Below, one piece after another: positions 42,472 to 55,423 of a DNA stretch of 64,000 nucleotides. The stretch spans positions 96,001-160,000 of the forward strand of contig CAWCRS010000005.1 of NCBI GenBank assembly GCA_963798085.1, given 5' to 3'. Made by a program: the position numbers and the translations under genes. Under the pieces are notes generated by a model. The model saw only the letters and a program-made list of their open reading frames with translations, was not told the DNA's origin and made no database searches. This stretch comes from an uncultured Gemmatimonadales bacterium (GTDB lineage Bacteria > Gemmatimonadota > Gemmatimonadetes > Longimicrobiales > RSA9). Every line of letters starts with the position of its first letter. The stretch's first letter is position 1.

Positions 42472-43164
42472 TCAACCCAGCAGCGTGTCCAGTACGGCGG
42501 CCGTGTCCGAAAGATCCGCGAACACCGTGTGCGCACCCGCTCGCCACAGGCTCGCTTCATTGAACGTGCCCGTGGTCACGCCCAGCGCGTGCACGCCCAG
42601 CGACTGGCCACACACCATGTCGGCAGGCGTGTCGCCAATCACGATGATGTCGCGACCACGGAACTCGAGGCCGGCCAGCTCTCGGGCCCGCCGCACCGCG
42701 AGCGGCGGCAGCGCCTCGCGCCGCTCGCTGTCCGAGCCGTAGGCGCCGAAGCGGAACGCGCTGTGCAATGCGGCCGACGCCAGCTTGAGTGTAGCGCCCT
42801 CCTCGATGTTGCCGGTCACCAGACCCGCGAGTGCCTCGCCCGATTCCTGCAATGCCGCGATCAGCCGGGGCACGCCGGGCAGCGCCACGGCTTCCTGCCC
42901 GGGCACGAGCAGCTCGCTGCGCAGCTCACGCACATAGGCCGACCAGAGGGAGACGAAGCCGCTCTCAATGCGCGCGTCACTGAAGCCGTCGAGGCGCAGC
43001 AGCTCGCGCGCGATCTGCGGATCCGTCTTGCCGCCGAACTCGTGCGTGGCGATGGGGCCGGCCGTGCCGTACACTTCGAGCATGGCTCGCAGAAAGGCAC
43101 GCCTGGCCGCACCGCGCGACCACAGCAGCGTGCCATCGATATCGAAAAGAATCAGCCGCTTCAC
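42472..43164 (-). CDS. HAD-family hydrolase
   Basis: ILFDIDGTL, LVTGN and VIGDTPAD. Confidence 0.9.
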   Translation of the reverse strand: MKRLILFDIDGTLLWSRGAARRAFLRAMLEVYGTAGPIATHEFGGKTDPQIARELLRLDGFSDARIESGFVSLWSAYVRELRSELLVPGQEAVALPGVPRLIAALQESGEALAGLVTGNIEEGATLKLASAALHSAFRFGAYGSDSERREALPPLAVRRARELAGLEFRGRDIIVIGDTPADMVCGQSLGVHALGVTTGTFNEASLWRAGAHTVFADLSDTAAVLDTLLG

Positions 43165-43182
43165 CCGACCGGCCTTGCCTCC

Positions 43183-44095
43183 GTGTTGCGCCGCATCCTG
43201 ATCGCGCTACCGCTCGCCGCCATCGGCGCGCTTCTCTTCTGGTGGCTCATCCTGCCCTGGCCCGTGCTGCTGCGCCGCGTCAATCCCGGCCGCACCGCGT
43301 TCATGCGGCTGCGCATTGCCGAGGCCAGGGCAGCCGGACACACGCTCGACGTGCACCAGACCTGGCTGCCGCTCGATCGCATGGCGCACCATCTGCAGCG
43401 CGCCGTGATCGTGGCCGAGGATGGCCGCTTCGAAGACCACCACGGCATCGACTGGGCAGCGCTCGGCGAGGAGCTGCATTACCGCAGTGACGGCGACTAC
43501 TCGCTGCTCGACGCGCACGACCTGCGCGAAACCCTGCGCTCACTCACGCTACTGGGCCGGCAATCGCGGTCGCGTGCGCGGCCGCAGCACCATCACGCAG
43601 CAGCTGGCCAAGAATCTCTACTTCAGCGCCGACCGCTCGCTGCTGCGCAAGGTGGAAGAGCTGGCTGTCGCGTTCCGCCTGGAATGGTTCCTCTCGAAAG
43701 ATCGCATCCTCGAGCTGTACCTGAACGTGGCGGAATGGGGTCCAGGCATCTTCGGTGCGGAAGCCGCGTCGCAGGCGTATTTCGGTCATTCCGCGACGCA
43801 GCTCTCCGCGGACGAGGCGGCATTGCTCGCGGCCACGCTGCCCCAGCCATTGAGTTCCAACCCGAATCACAGGCCGGGCCGCCTCGCCTGGCGCAAGGAC
43901 CTCATCCTGCGGCGCATGGGCGCCGCGGGTCCGGTCGAAACCGTACCGCTCGAACCACCACCCACGGTGGTGATCGACACCCTGGCCATCGACTCGATCG
44001 TGAGTCGCCGCGATACCGTGCGGCGCGACACCCTGTCCGCCGACACGCTGCGCCGCGACACGCTCGCCGCTACACCGTTGAGGACGTCGCATTGA
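43183..44095 (+). CDS. mtgA: Monofunctional peptidoglycan transglycosylase, frameshifted near 43546
   Basis: N-terminal TM and AEDGRFEDHHGID in one frame; GRSTITQQLAKNL, RKVEE and ILELYLN in the next frame. Confidence 0.85.
44006..44065 (+). repeat. Four 15-bp in-frame tandem repeats encoding xxDT[VL]
   Basis: cgccgcgataccgtg / cggcgcgacaccctg / tccgccgacacgctg / cgccgcgacacgctc. Confidence 0.75.
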
Positions 44096-45041
44096 CGCTG
44101 ACGGCGCGCACGATGGCGCGCTCCAGCGCGGCGCTCGCCGCCGCGCCGAAGGCCATGACCTGGCCCGGCGGCGCGGGCTGCGGCTCGAGCGCCGTCGACA
44201 GTGCGAACACCAGGTCGCCATCGAAGGGCGAGAACGCCGGCCTGATGCGCCGGGCCAGTGCGGCCGAGGCCATGCGCGCGACCAGCATGAGGCTCTCGCG
44301 CGGCAACGGCGCATCAGTCACGACCACGCCCAACGTCGTGTTAGTACCCGGCGTGATCTCCGGCGCGGGCGCCGCCTGACGACCGAACCCGTGCGGTGCG
44401 CCCGCACGGATCAGGGCAATCGAATCGGCCCAGCCGCCGCCCGCGGCGTGCGCGCCGGCAATCACACGACCGTCGTCGCCTGTTACTTCTCCCAGAGGAT
44501 TCACCACCGCGAGTCCGAGTACGGCGCAATCCGACTGCTCCTCCAGCGCACAACCGAAGCCCCCGCGCGCGGCGTGATCCCGGCCCAGCACCTTTCCCGC
44601 AGTAGCGCCGGCACCGGCGCCGACTGCGCCCTCGGCGGGCGCCGCATTGCTCGCGGCCGCGCACGCCGCGCGGCCCATGGCCGCGTCCGGGCGGCGGTCC
44701 GCGCGACCCACGCCCAGGTCGAAGATCACCGCGGCGGGAACGATGGGAACGCGCGCCACGCCCGTCTCGAATCCCTGTCCCCGTTCCTCGAGCCACGCCA
44801 CCACGCCGTCGGCCGCGGCCAGACCGAAGGCGGAGCCGCCCGTGAGCAGCAGCGCATCGATGCGCGGGACCAGGTGGAGCAGGGAGAGGGAATCCAGCTC
44901 GCGTGTGCCGGTGGCGTGACCCGCGATATGACAGGCGCCTCGGAAGGGCCCGAGCAGAACGGTGCAGCCGGTGCGTGCCTCATCGTCCGCCGCGTGGCCG
45001 ATGCGCAGGCCCGGCACGCGCACCACGGCCGGATCAGGCAA
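44070..45041 (-). CDS. P1/S58 (DmpA-like) peptidase
   Basis: TGCTV, GGSAFGL, NTTLGVVVTD and DGDLVF. Confidence 0.88.
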   Translation of the reverse strand: MPDPAVVRVPGLRIGHAADDEARTGCTVLLGPFRGACHIAGHATGTRELDSLSLLHLVPRIDALLLTGGSAFGLAAADGVVAWLEERGQGFETGVARVPIVPAAVIFDLGVGRADRRPDAAMGRAACAAASNAAPAEGAVGAGAGATAGKVLGRDHAARGGFGCALEEQSDCAVLGLAVVNPLGEVTGDDGRVIAGAHAAGGGWADSIALIRAGAPHGFGRQAAPAPEITPGTNTTLGVVVTDAPLPRESLMLVARMASAALARRIRPAFSPFDGDLVFALSTALEPQPAPPGQVMAFGAAASAALERAIVRAVSVNATSSTV

Positions 45042-45793
45042 CGGCCGCGGTCCAACCCGCCATTACGGCCGCGCCGAACGCGGCGAACAGCCGGCGATCC
45101 GCGTCGCTGACAGACGGGTTCGCATCCTGCCGCTCCGGATGCCATTGCACCGCCACGCCCCACGGATAGTCGCGCATCTCGACCGCTTCGATGACGCCAT
45201 CGCCGGCCACCCCGGTCACGATCAGCGACGGCGCCGGGGCGTGCACCGACTGGTGATGGAAGGAGTTCGTGCGCAGGCGGGTTTTGCCCACGATGCCCGC
45301 CAGCCGTGAGTCCGGCTCCAGCACCACATCGTGAACCTGTGCGCTCCACGTCGGCGACTGCGCGTGCCCGGCGCGGGCGTGCAGGAGATCGCGGTCAATG
45401 TCCTGGTACAGTGTGCCACCCAGGAACACGTTCAGCACCTGAATGCCGCGGCAGATGCCCAGGACCGGCAGGCGGCGCTGCAGCGCGGCCTGCAGCGCCG
45501 TAAACTCCGTGTTATCGCGCTCCGCCGACACCGAGTCCAGTCCCGGCAGCGGCGCCTCGCCATAGCGGGCCGGATCGACGTCGCCACCACCCGTGCAGCA
45601 CCAGCCCGCCGCACGCCTGCAGCAGCGCCTCGATCGACTCCGGCGAGTGCGCGGGCGAAATCAGCACCGTGGCCAGACCGGCATCCTCCAGGGCGCTCAC
45701 GTACGCTCCGTACACCTGTACGCGCGGCCGCTGGTGCGGCCCCGCGTTCTCGTCCCACGAGGTGGTCAGCGCCACCAGCGGTCGCGTGCTCAT
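45034..45793 (-). CDS. PuuD-like gamma-glutamyl hydrolase (peptidase C26), frameshifted near 45595
   Basis: GLVL|TGGGDVDP across the shift; GICRG, NSFHHQ and VQWHPE. Confidence 0.85.
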
Positions 45794-46773
45794 GCCGCGA
45801 CGCCTGCGGGCGACGGTGCCGCTGACATCAGTGTCAGCGCCTTCGCCGCATCCAGGTTGCCACCGGAGAGCACTGCCACGGTGCGCCGTGCCGGCGCCTT
45901 GCCGCTGAATACCGCAGCTGCGGTGGCCGCGCCCGAAAACTCGACGACGAGCTTCGCCCGCCGCAGCAGCCTGGTCGTGGCGTCCAGGATTTCGTCATCG
46001 GTGACCAGCACGATGTCATCGACGAACGCGCGCACGTGCTCGTACGTGAGATCGCCGGGGCGTACGGGCATGAGCCCGTCCGCGATGGTCGGCTTGAAGT
46101 CGATGGTCACGGGATGGCCTGCCTGCTTCGAGCGCTTCATGGCATCCGCGGCGACCGGCTCCACGCCGATCACGCGACACGCGGGCTTCACCTGCTTCAC
46201 CCACGCGGCCACGCCGCTCGCCAGGCCACCGCCGCCAATGGGCACGAGCACGTTCTCGACGTCAGGCCAGTCCTCGAGCACTTCCAGGCCGACAGTGCCC
46301 TGCCCCGCGATGATGTCGGGATGATCGAAGGGCGGCACGATGGTGAGGCCCCGGCGCTGCGCTTCCGCTTCCGCGCGCACCTTGCGATCCGTCGACGACG
46401 TGCCTTCGAGGATCACTTCGGCGCCGAAGCTCTTCGCACCCTCGACCTTGATCGCAGGCGCCGTCGTGGGCATGACCACCACGGCGTGCACACCGAACAG
46501 CTGCGCGGCCAGCGCCACGCCCTGTCCGTGGTTTCCCGAGGAATACGTGATGACGCCACGCGCGCGATCCGGCTGCGAGAGTCGCGCAACCAGTGTGTAC
46601 GCGCCGCGGATCTTGAAGGCGCCCGCGCGCTGCAGGTTTTCGCACTTGAAGCGCACCTCGCCACCCAGCTCCGCATCCAGCCACGGGGCCGGCAGCAGCG
46701 GCGTCCTGACGACGACGCCCTGCAGGGTCTGCGCCGCAGCCGCAATGCTCTCGCGCGTGACCAGCTCGCTCAA
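45790..46773 (-). CDS. Threonine/serine dehydratase family PLP enzyme
   Basis: KCENLQRAGAFKIRG, SSGNHGQ, PIGGGGL and LSGGN. Confidence 0.92.
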   Translation of the reverse strand: MSELVTRESIAAAAQTLQGVVVRTPLLPAPWLDAELGGEVRFKCENLQRAGAFKIRGAYTLVARLSQPDRARGVITYSSGNHGQGVALAAQLFGVHAVVVMPTTAPAIKVEGAKSFGAEVILEGTSSTDRKVRAEAEAQRRGLTIVPPFDHPDIIAGQGTVGLEVLEDWPDVENVLVPIGGGGLASGVAAWVKQVKPACRVIGVEPVAADAMKRSKQAGHPVTIDFKPTIADGLMPVRPGDLTYEHVRAFVDDIVLVTDDEILDATTRLLRRAKLVVEFSGAATAAAVFSGKAPARRTVAVLSGGNLDAAKALTLMSAAPSPAGVAA

Positions 46774-49407
46774 AGTTCCTCCTCTTCAGGCGAGTCTTCC
46801 GGCCCGCCCGTGTCGAAGTCATCGCCGGGCGCATCATCCGCCCCGGAACCGAATCCCGCGGGGCTGCCCGTGGTTTCATCAGCGAGCGCCCGGGCGTCGG
46901 GGCCGCTCCCGCCATCCTCGCCGTCATCCAGCGGGCCGGCGCCGTTCTCACCCTCTTCGGGAACGACGCGCGCAATGTCCATCACGGCGTCGCCTTCGTC
47001 CAGCATGACCACGCGCACGCCCTGCGTGGCGCGGCCGATCACGCGCATATCGCCGATGTGCTGCCGGTTCACGATGCCGTTGCGCGTGATGACCATCAGC
47101 TCGTCGGTTTCCTGCACGCTCTTGATGGCGACGACGCGCCCCGTCTGTTCGTTGAGCCGGAAGTTGATCACGCCCTGCCCGCCGCGCGACTGCTGGGGAT
47201 AGTCCTCGATCAGCGTGCGCTTGCCGCGGCCGTACTCCGTGACCGTGAGCACCGTGGTGGCATCGCCGAACTCGGGCCGGATCACGACCATGCCGATCAC
47301 GTGGTCTTCGCTGCGCAGCCGGATGCCGCGCACGCCCGTGGCCACCCGACCCATGCCGCGCACATCGGACTCGTGGAAGCGGATGGCCATGCCGTCGCGG
47401 GTAGCCAGCACCACGTCGTCGCTGCCATCCGTGATCTGCACATCGATCAGCGCATCATCCGGTTCAATGTTGATGGCGTTCACCCCGACTGACGCGGATG
47501 TTGCGGTACGCGGATAGTGCCGTCTTCTTCACGGTGCCGCGGCGCGTGGCAAACACGAGATAGCGGTCGTCGCTGAACTCGCGCACCGGCACGACGGCGG
47601 CGATGCGCTCCTCCGCGGACAGGGCCAGGATATTGACGATGGGCTTGCCCCGCGACTCGCGCGTGCCCACCGGGATCTCGTGCACCTTGAGCCAGTAGCA
47701 GTGGCCGGTGACGGTGAACACCATCAGGTAATCGTGCGTTTGCGCCGTGTACAGGTGCTCGATCCAGTCATCGTCCTTGGGCCGCACGCCCTGCAGGCCG
47801 CGGCCGCCTCGCCGCTGCGCCCGGTAGGTGGTGAGGGGCAGGCGCTTCACGTAGCCCTCGTGCGACATGGTGATGACCATCTCCTCATCGACCAGCAGAT
47901 CCTCGATGGAGAGCGAGCCCACCTGCGTGAATTCCGAGCGCCGCGCATCGCCGTAGGTTTTCGCGATCTCGACGCAGTTCGTCCTTGATGATCGTTCATG
48001 CGCCGTTCGCGATTGCCCAGGATGTCGCGCAGGTCCGCGATCGGTGGCGCGCACTTCGCGCCAGCTCGGCATCGAGCTTCTCGATCTCGAGGCTGGTCAG
48101 CCGCGCGAGCCGCATGTCCAGAATGGCCTTCGCCTGGCGCTCCGACAGGGCGAAGCGTTCCTGCAGCCGGGCGCTGGCCGTCTCCGTATCCGGCGAATGC
48201 CGGATCAGGTCGACGACAGCGTCAATGGCGTCGAGCGCGATACTGGAGGCCTTCCAGGATGTGCTCGCGCTCGAGTGCCTGCCTCGAGGTCGTACTCGGT
48301 GCGGCGCACGACGACCTCGTGCCGGTGATCGAGGAAGTGCTGGATCAGCTCGCGCAGATTCATGATGCGCGGCTCGCCATTGATCAGCGCGAGCATGATC
48401 ACGCCGAACGTGGACTGCATCTGCGTGTGCTTGTAGAGCTGGTTCAGCACGATGCTGGGAATCGCGTCGCGTTTCAACTCGATGACGATGCGAATGCCGT
48501 CGCGGTCGGACTCGTCACGCAGATCCGTGATGTCGGTGACGCGCTTCTCGCGCACCAGATCCGCGATCTGCTCGATCAGCCGCGACTTGTTCACCATGAA
48601 CGGAATCTCCGTCACGATGATGGCGTTGCGACCGCTTGTCCGGTTCCTCGAAGTCGGCGCTGCGCGCGCATCACGACTGCGCCCGCGCCCGCTCTCGTAC
48701 GCCTCCCCAGACCTTCGCTGATGCAGATGTAGCCGCCCGTGGGGAAGTCCGGCCCGCGGATGAAGCGCATCAGTTCCGGAATCGTCACGTCCGGATTGTC
48801 GATCTGGTGAATGCAGGCGTCGACGACTTCGCGCAGATTGTGCGGCGGCACGTTGGTGGCCATGCCCACGGCGATGCCGGAACTGCCGTTGACCAGCAGG
48901 TTGGGAAACTTCGCGGGCAGCACGGTCGGCTCTTCGCGCTGGTCGTCGAAGTTGGGAATGAAGTCGACCGTCTCCTTGTCAATGTCGGCCAGCAGTTCGC
49001 CCGCCAGCCGCGTCAGCCTCGCCTCCGTATACCGGTAGGCCGCGGCGTTGTCGCCATCGATGGAGCCGAAGTTGCCCTGCCCGTCAATGAGCGGGTAGCG
49101 CAGCGAGAAGTCCTGCACCATGCGCACGAGCGCGTCATAGACCGCCATGTCGCCGTGCGGGTGGTACTTGCCCAGCACATCGCCCACCACGGTCGCGCTC
49201 TTCTTGTATGGCCGTCCGGGGACCAGCCCGGCTTCCTGCATGGCGAACAGGATGCGCCGATGCACGGGCTTGAGTCCGTCACGCACATCGGGCAGCGCGC
49301 GCTGTACGATCACGCTCATCGAGTAGTCGAGGAACGACTGCGCGCATCTCGTCCTCGATCAGGCGAGGCAGGATGCGCTCGTTGCTGCCGGGCGGGCTCG
49401 TCGCCAT
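46770..49407 (-). CDS. gyrA: DNA gyrase subunit A, broken by at least six apparent frameshifts
   Basis: [32 protein letters not shown], GyrA-box-like QRRGGRG and C-terminal pinwheel repeats spread over several frames. Confidence 0.93.
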
Positions 49408-50103
49408 ATCCTTCTTCCATCCCTGGTTTGCGAGAGAGTCGGTGCGCTCGGGGGCGCGGCACCCGGCGCGCGCCCTTCCGGGCCGACCGCGCGGGCCGGC
49501 GGGGTCGCGCCGAGCCCTTGCGTACCCCATGCCTCGCACGTGTGTGCCCACGCGCCCGAGCACGCGCCCGCGAGATCAGGGCGCGGGCCTGTCCCGATTG
49601 TTTGCAGGCGTTGTCAAGCAAGCGGAGCGCGGACGTCAGGCGAGCCGGGGCGAAAACGGCGCAGGGCACAGATCGCGGCGAGGCGTGCCTCCGGCCCGAC
49701 CGGCGGGCGGATCGTCGCACTGCGCAAGCCTGGCGGCGGTGCACCGGGAAACTGGCGCGGGTGCGACCCGATTCGGCGGCCTGATGGCGAAGTTGGCCTT
49801 CGCCATTGAAATCCGGCCGGTGCGGGGCGACCTTGTCGGCTGCGCACAACCGTCTCGCGGGTGTCTTGCGGTGTGCCGGGCCGGGCGAGGGTGGCAGCGA
49901 TTGCACGAACCCGGTTCCGCCTTGTACTGGAGGCGCCGACCCCGGACACCCGCGCTCAAGGCGCCAATGCTGGAAACCGACCAGGAACGGACCGACGCGG
50001 TGAGCCGCGGACCGGGCGCTCGGGTCGGTGCTGCGCCCTGCGGCCGGCAAACTGGCGACCGGCCGGGGACGAGTGAACCCGTTGCCCGTTCAGGAGGAGG
50101 GCT

Positions 50104-52497
<2,394 letters not shown>

Positions 52498-52510
52498 ACG
52501 TAGTGGAGGC

Positions 52511-53329
52511 ATGAGCGAGGAGCGCCGGGATCTCAGATTCACACTTGGCCTCCGGTCGAACCGGAAGGACTGGGTGGGATCGCTGATCCTGGCGCTCCTC
52601 TTCCATCTGGCGTTGATCTGGCTGGTGCTGACAGCGCAACGGCTGGCCGGAACGATGTCGCTGGACGAAGGCGTCGGGCATGGCATTGGCGCCGGCCTCG
52701 CGGGCGGCGGCGGCGGCGGCTCCGCTGGCGAAGAGATCGTCACCCTCGTGATTCCCGTCGCCGACCCCACACCGCCACCGCCCAAACCGCAGGTCGAGAT
52801 CACGAAACCCGTTGTTCCGCCGCTGAAGCTGGATCCCGTGACGATCCCCAACACGATTCCACCGCCCACACCGCCCGTCGATTCACTGCGGCTGGCCAGC
52901 GCGGATTCCGCGCGGCTGGCGGGACTGGCCGCGGCTGCCGGTGGGGGTGGCGATGGCACAGGTCGTGGCAGCGGCGCGGGCGCCGGCACCGGAGCGGGTT
53001 CCGGGGGTGGCCGCGGTGGCGGAAATGGCGGCGGCATCGGCGATGGCAACGGTCCGGGTTCCGGGCGAGGCAACATGATGCCGCCTTCGCCGGATGTGCT
53101 GATTCTGCCACCGCAGGCCACATCGAAAGTGCGTGGCAAGACCATCGTGGTGCAGCTCACAGTAGACTCGACCGGCGTGGTCCGCGATGTCAGGCTGATG
53201 CCGCCCACGGGCGATGGCAAATATGACGACTCTCTACGTAAGGCGGCGTTTTCGTGGCACTTCCGTCCCGCGCGCAATACCGAGAACCGGCCCGTGACCG
53301 CCGTCTTCGAAGTCACCTTCACTTTCTGA
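52511..53329 (+). CDS. TonB-family protein (TM, Pro/Gly-rich linker, TonB C-terminal-like domain)
   Basis: SLILALLFH TM anchor; VQLTVDSTGVV...WHFRPA...PV. Confidence 0.75.
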   Translation: MSEERRDLRFTLGLRSNRKDWVGSLILALLFHLALIWLVLTAQRLAGTMSLDEGVGHGIGAGLAGGGGGGSAGEEIVTLVIPVADPTPPPPKPQVEITKPVVPPLKLDPVTIPNTIPPPTPPVDSLRLASADSARLAGLAAAAGGGGDGTGRGSGAGAGTGAGSGGGRGGGNGGGIGDGNGPGSGRGNMMPPSPDVLILPPQATSKVRGKTIVVQLTVDSTGVVRDVRLMPPTGDGKYDDSLRKAAFSWHFRPARNTENRPVTAVFEVTFTF

Positions 53330-53523
53330 GCCTTGCGCAGAACTGCCCGCTGCCGCATGCTTTAGCACGAGGGCAGTGATTGCTTAGGACATGGCTTGTT
53401 GCTTGTGTTGTGGTGTTTGAGCGCCCCCCGGCTGCCGCAGGTGGACGTAAGAGCCCACGCAGTGCGCTCCCTGGTGATGTGTGTCCTGCAAAGTCGATAA
53501 CATCCTATTACCAAGGGGATTCG

Positions 53524-54132
53524 ATGGAACCCGTAGATCGCGTCCGTGACATGGTGAGACATGCACTGGTCACGGATCCGGCAGTGACCAACAGGGAGTT
53601 GATGGAGCGCGCCCGCCAGCTGGCGCCCACCGCGGTGGAAGGTCTTACTCTGCAGCAGTTCCACGCTCGCTTCCGGCTGCCGGTCCTGCGCAATGAAATG
53701 GCGGCGCGCAAGGACAAGGGCAAGAAGAAGGAAGAGCCGGCGCGGCCCCGGCGGCGGGCCACGGCCGTGGTGCACGCGCCGCTGCGCACGAGCGTGCGCG
53801 AGATCTTTGTGCGTTTCGCGGTGGACATGGAGAGTGCGGACAATCGCGGCCAGCTGGTGCAGGTCGTGTCCGGCCTCGATGCCTGTGTGGATGAGATCCT
53901 GCGGCTGGCGCGCGAGCATTACGTACCGGCCGAGCGCGAAGCCAACGGCAGCGCCAGCCATCACAGCGCAGCACCGCGCCCCGCGGCGGTGCGCGCGGAT
54001 GTCGCTGTCGAGGCACCCGCACCGCCCGCTCCGCGACCCGAGCCAATGCTGCGCGCGGAGCGGCCGCTGCCCCTGAACGCGAGGGTGCGCGAAGGCGGCG
54101 GCCGCTTCCGCAAGGCGCCCTGGGAAAGCTGA
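53524..54132 (+). CDS. Hypothetical protein
   Basis: ORF from MEPVDRVRDM with AAGGGG upstream and coding-like codon usage. Confidence 0.6.
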   Translation: MEPVDRVRDMVRHALVTDPAVTNRELMERARQLAPTAVEGLTLQQFHARFRLPVLRNEMAARKDKGKKKEEPARPRRRATAVVHAPLRTSVREIFVRFAVDMESADNRGQLVQVVSGLDACVDEILRLAREHYVPAEREANGSASHHSAAPRPAAVRADVAVEAPAPPAPRPEPMLRAERPLPLNARVREGGGRFRKAPWES

Positions 54133-54136
54133 TCGC

Positions 54137-55423
54137 TCAGCGCGTAATCTGTCGATAGCGACGCAGCAGTTCCTTCTGCCGTGAGTCCATGCTGATCTCA
54201 CGGCCGCGGATGAACACGCGTTCCGCCTGTGTCGTGAACTCGAACGGATCACCGGACCAGATCACGAAATCTGCCTGACGGCCCGCCTCCAGTGTGCCGT
54301 ACTGATTCTCAACATGCCAGATGCGCGCACCGTTGACGGTCACCGCGCGCAAGGCTGCATCCCAGGGCATACCGTTGGCGATAGCGTTGCCCGCAAGCTG
54401 CTTCAGGTCGCGCGAGTTGTAGGAATCGAAGCTGCCGAATGCCACCAGCACGCCGGCCGCATTCAGGCGGGCCGCGTTTTCCAGGGTGATGCCCAGGTCG
54501 TCGAAGCCGGGAAGGTTGTTCATCGGATTGATGACGACCGGCACGTTGGCCGCTGCGATGTCAGCGGCCACCATCCAGCCCTCCGCCGCGCCCACGAGCA
54601 CGACCTGCAGACTGAAATCGCGCGCCAGTCTCAGCGTCGCCAGAATGTCGCTCGCCCGGTTGACGCTTACGGCCAGCGGCAGCTCGCCGCGCAGCACCGG
54701 CTGCAGCGCCTCGAGGTCCAGGCGGGAAAGCGCATAGCCGCGTCGCTGACTGCGCTCGAAGGCCTCGCGGTTGGCGCCGTAATCGCGCGCATCCTGCAGC
54801 GCCTCGCGCAGCAGCAGCACGGCGGCGCCGCGCGAGCCGCCGGCAAGACCGGCCCCCGCTTCACCCAGGGTGGCGAACATGGCGAGCGGCGCACGCGTCA
54901 GCATGTCGCTGAGCCGTTCCTCACCCAGCGAGACGAGCGCACCCTGTCCGGCTATGAGCGAGGCGCCGTTCTGCGGCTGCACGACGGCGCGCGTGATGCC
55001 TTCCACGCGCGTGACCGGTATGGCCGTGGACAGCGGATTGATGGCGTCGCGCACGTCGAACGCCGCCGTGATGCGGCGGTCCGTGGTGGCGGCATCATTG
55101 GTGGTCGCCTCGAGTCCGATCTCGACCAGGCCGAGCGTCGTCGCATTGTCCAGAAAACCCGGTGTTATGACCTTGCCGGCGGCGTCAAGGACGCGCGCGC
55201 CGGTGGGCGCCGGGCCACCGCCCACGGAGACGATGCGTCCATCCTGGATGACCACGGTGCCGCGCTCGATGAGCGGACCGGAAACGGGGTATACGCGGGC
55301 GTTGACAATGGCCGTGATGGGGCCCTGCGCCGCGCCCGCCAGCGGCCGCGCCGCGGCGAGGGCTGCGGCTAACGCGAGCTTTGCGCACGCGCGGGGCGCG
55401 TGCCGGAACCGTCTCGCCTTCAT
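54137..55423 (-). CDS. Secreted amidohydrolase-family protein lacking the canonical HxH motif
   Basis: Signal peptide; ITPGFLDNAT where HxH is expected; GTLEAGRQADFVIWSGDP. Confidence 0.82.
   Translation of the reverse strand: MKARRFRHAPRACAKLALAAALAAARPLAGAAQGPITAIVNARVYPVSGPLIERGTVVIQDGRIVSVGGGPAPTGARVLDAAGKVITPGFLDNATTLGLVEIGLEATTNDAATTDRRITAAFDVRDAINPLSTAIPVTRVEGITRAVVQPQNGASLIAGQGALVSLGEERLSDMLTRAPLAMFATLGEAGAGLAGGSRGAAVLLLREALQDARDYGANREAFERSQRRGYALSRLDLEALQPVLRGELPLAVSVNRASDILATLRLARDFSLQVVLVGAAEGWMVAADIAAANVPVVINPMNNLPGFDDLGITLENAARLNAAGVLVAFGSFDSYNSRDLKQLAGNAIANGMPWDAALRAVTVNGARIWHVENQYGTLEAGRQADFVIWSGDPFEFTTQAERVFIRGREISMDSRQKELLRRYRQITR

Noticed and set aside
49892..49905. TGGCAGCGATTGCA as a sigma-54 promoter for hppA
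   Set aside because: GG-to-GC spacing is 8 nt rather than the required 10.
52930..53070. Gly-rich repeat in the TonB-like gene
   Set aside because: An ordinary low-complexity linker for this family.
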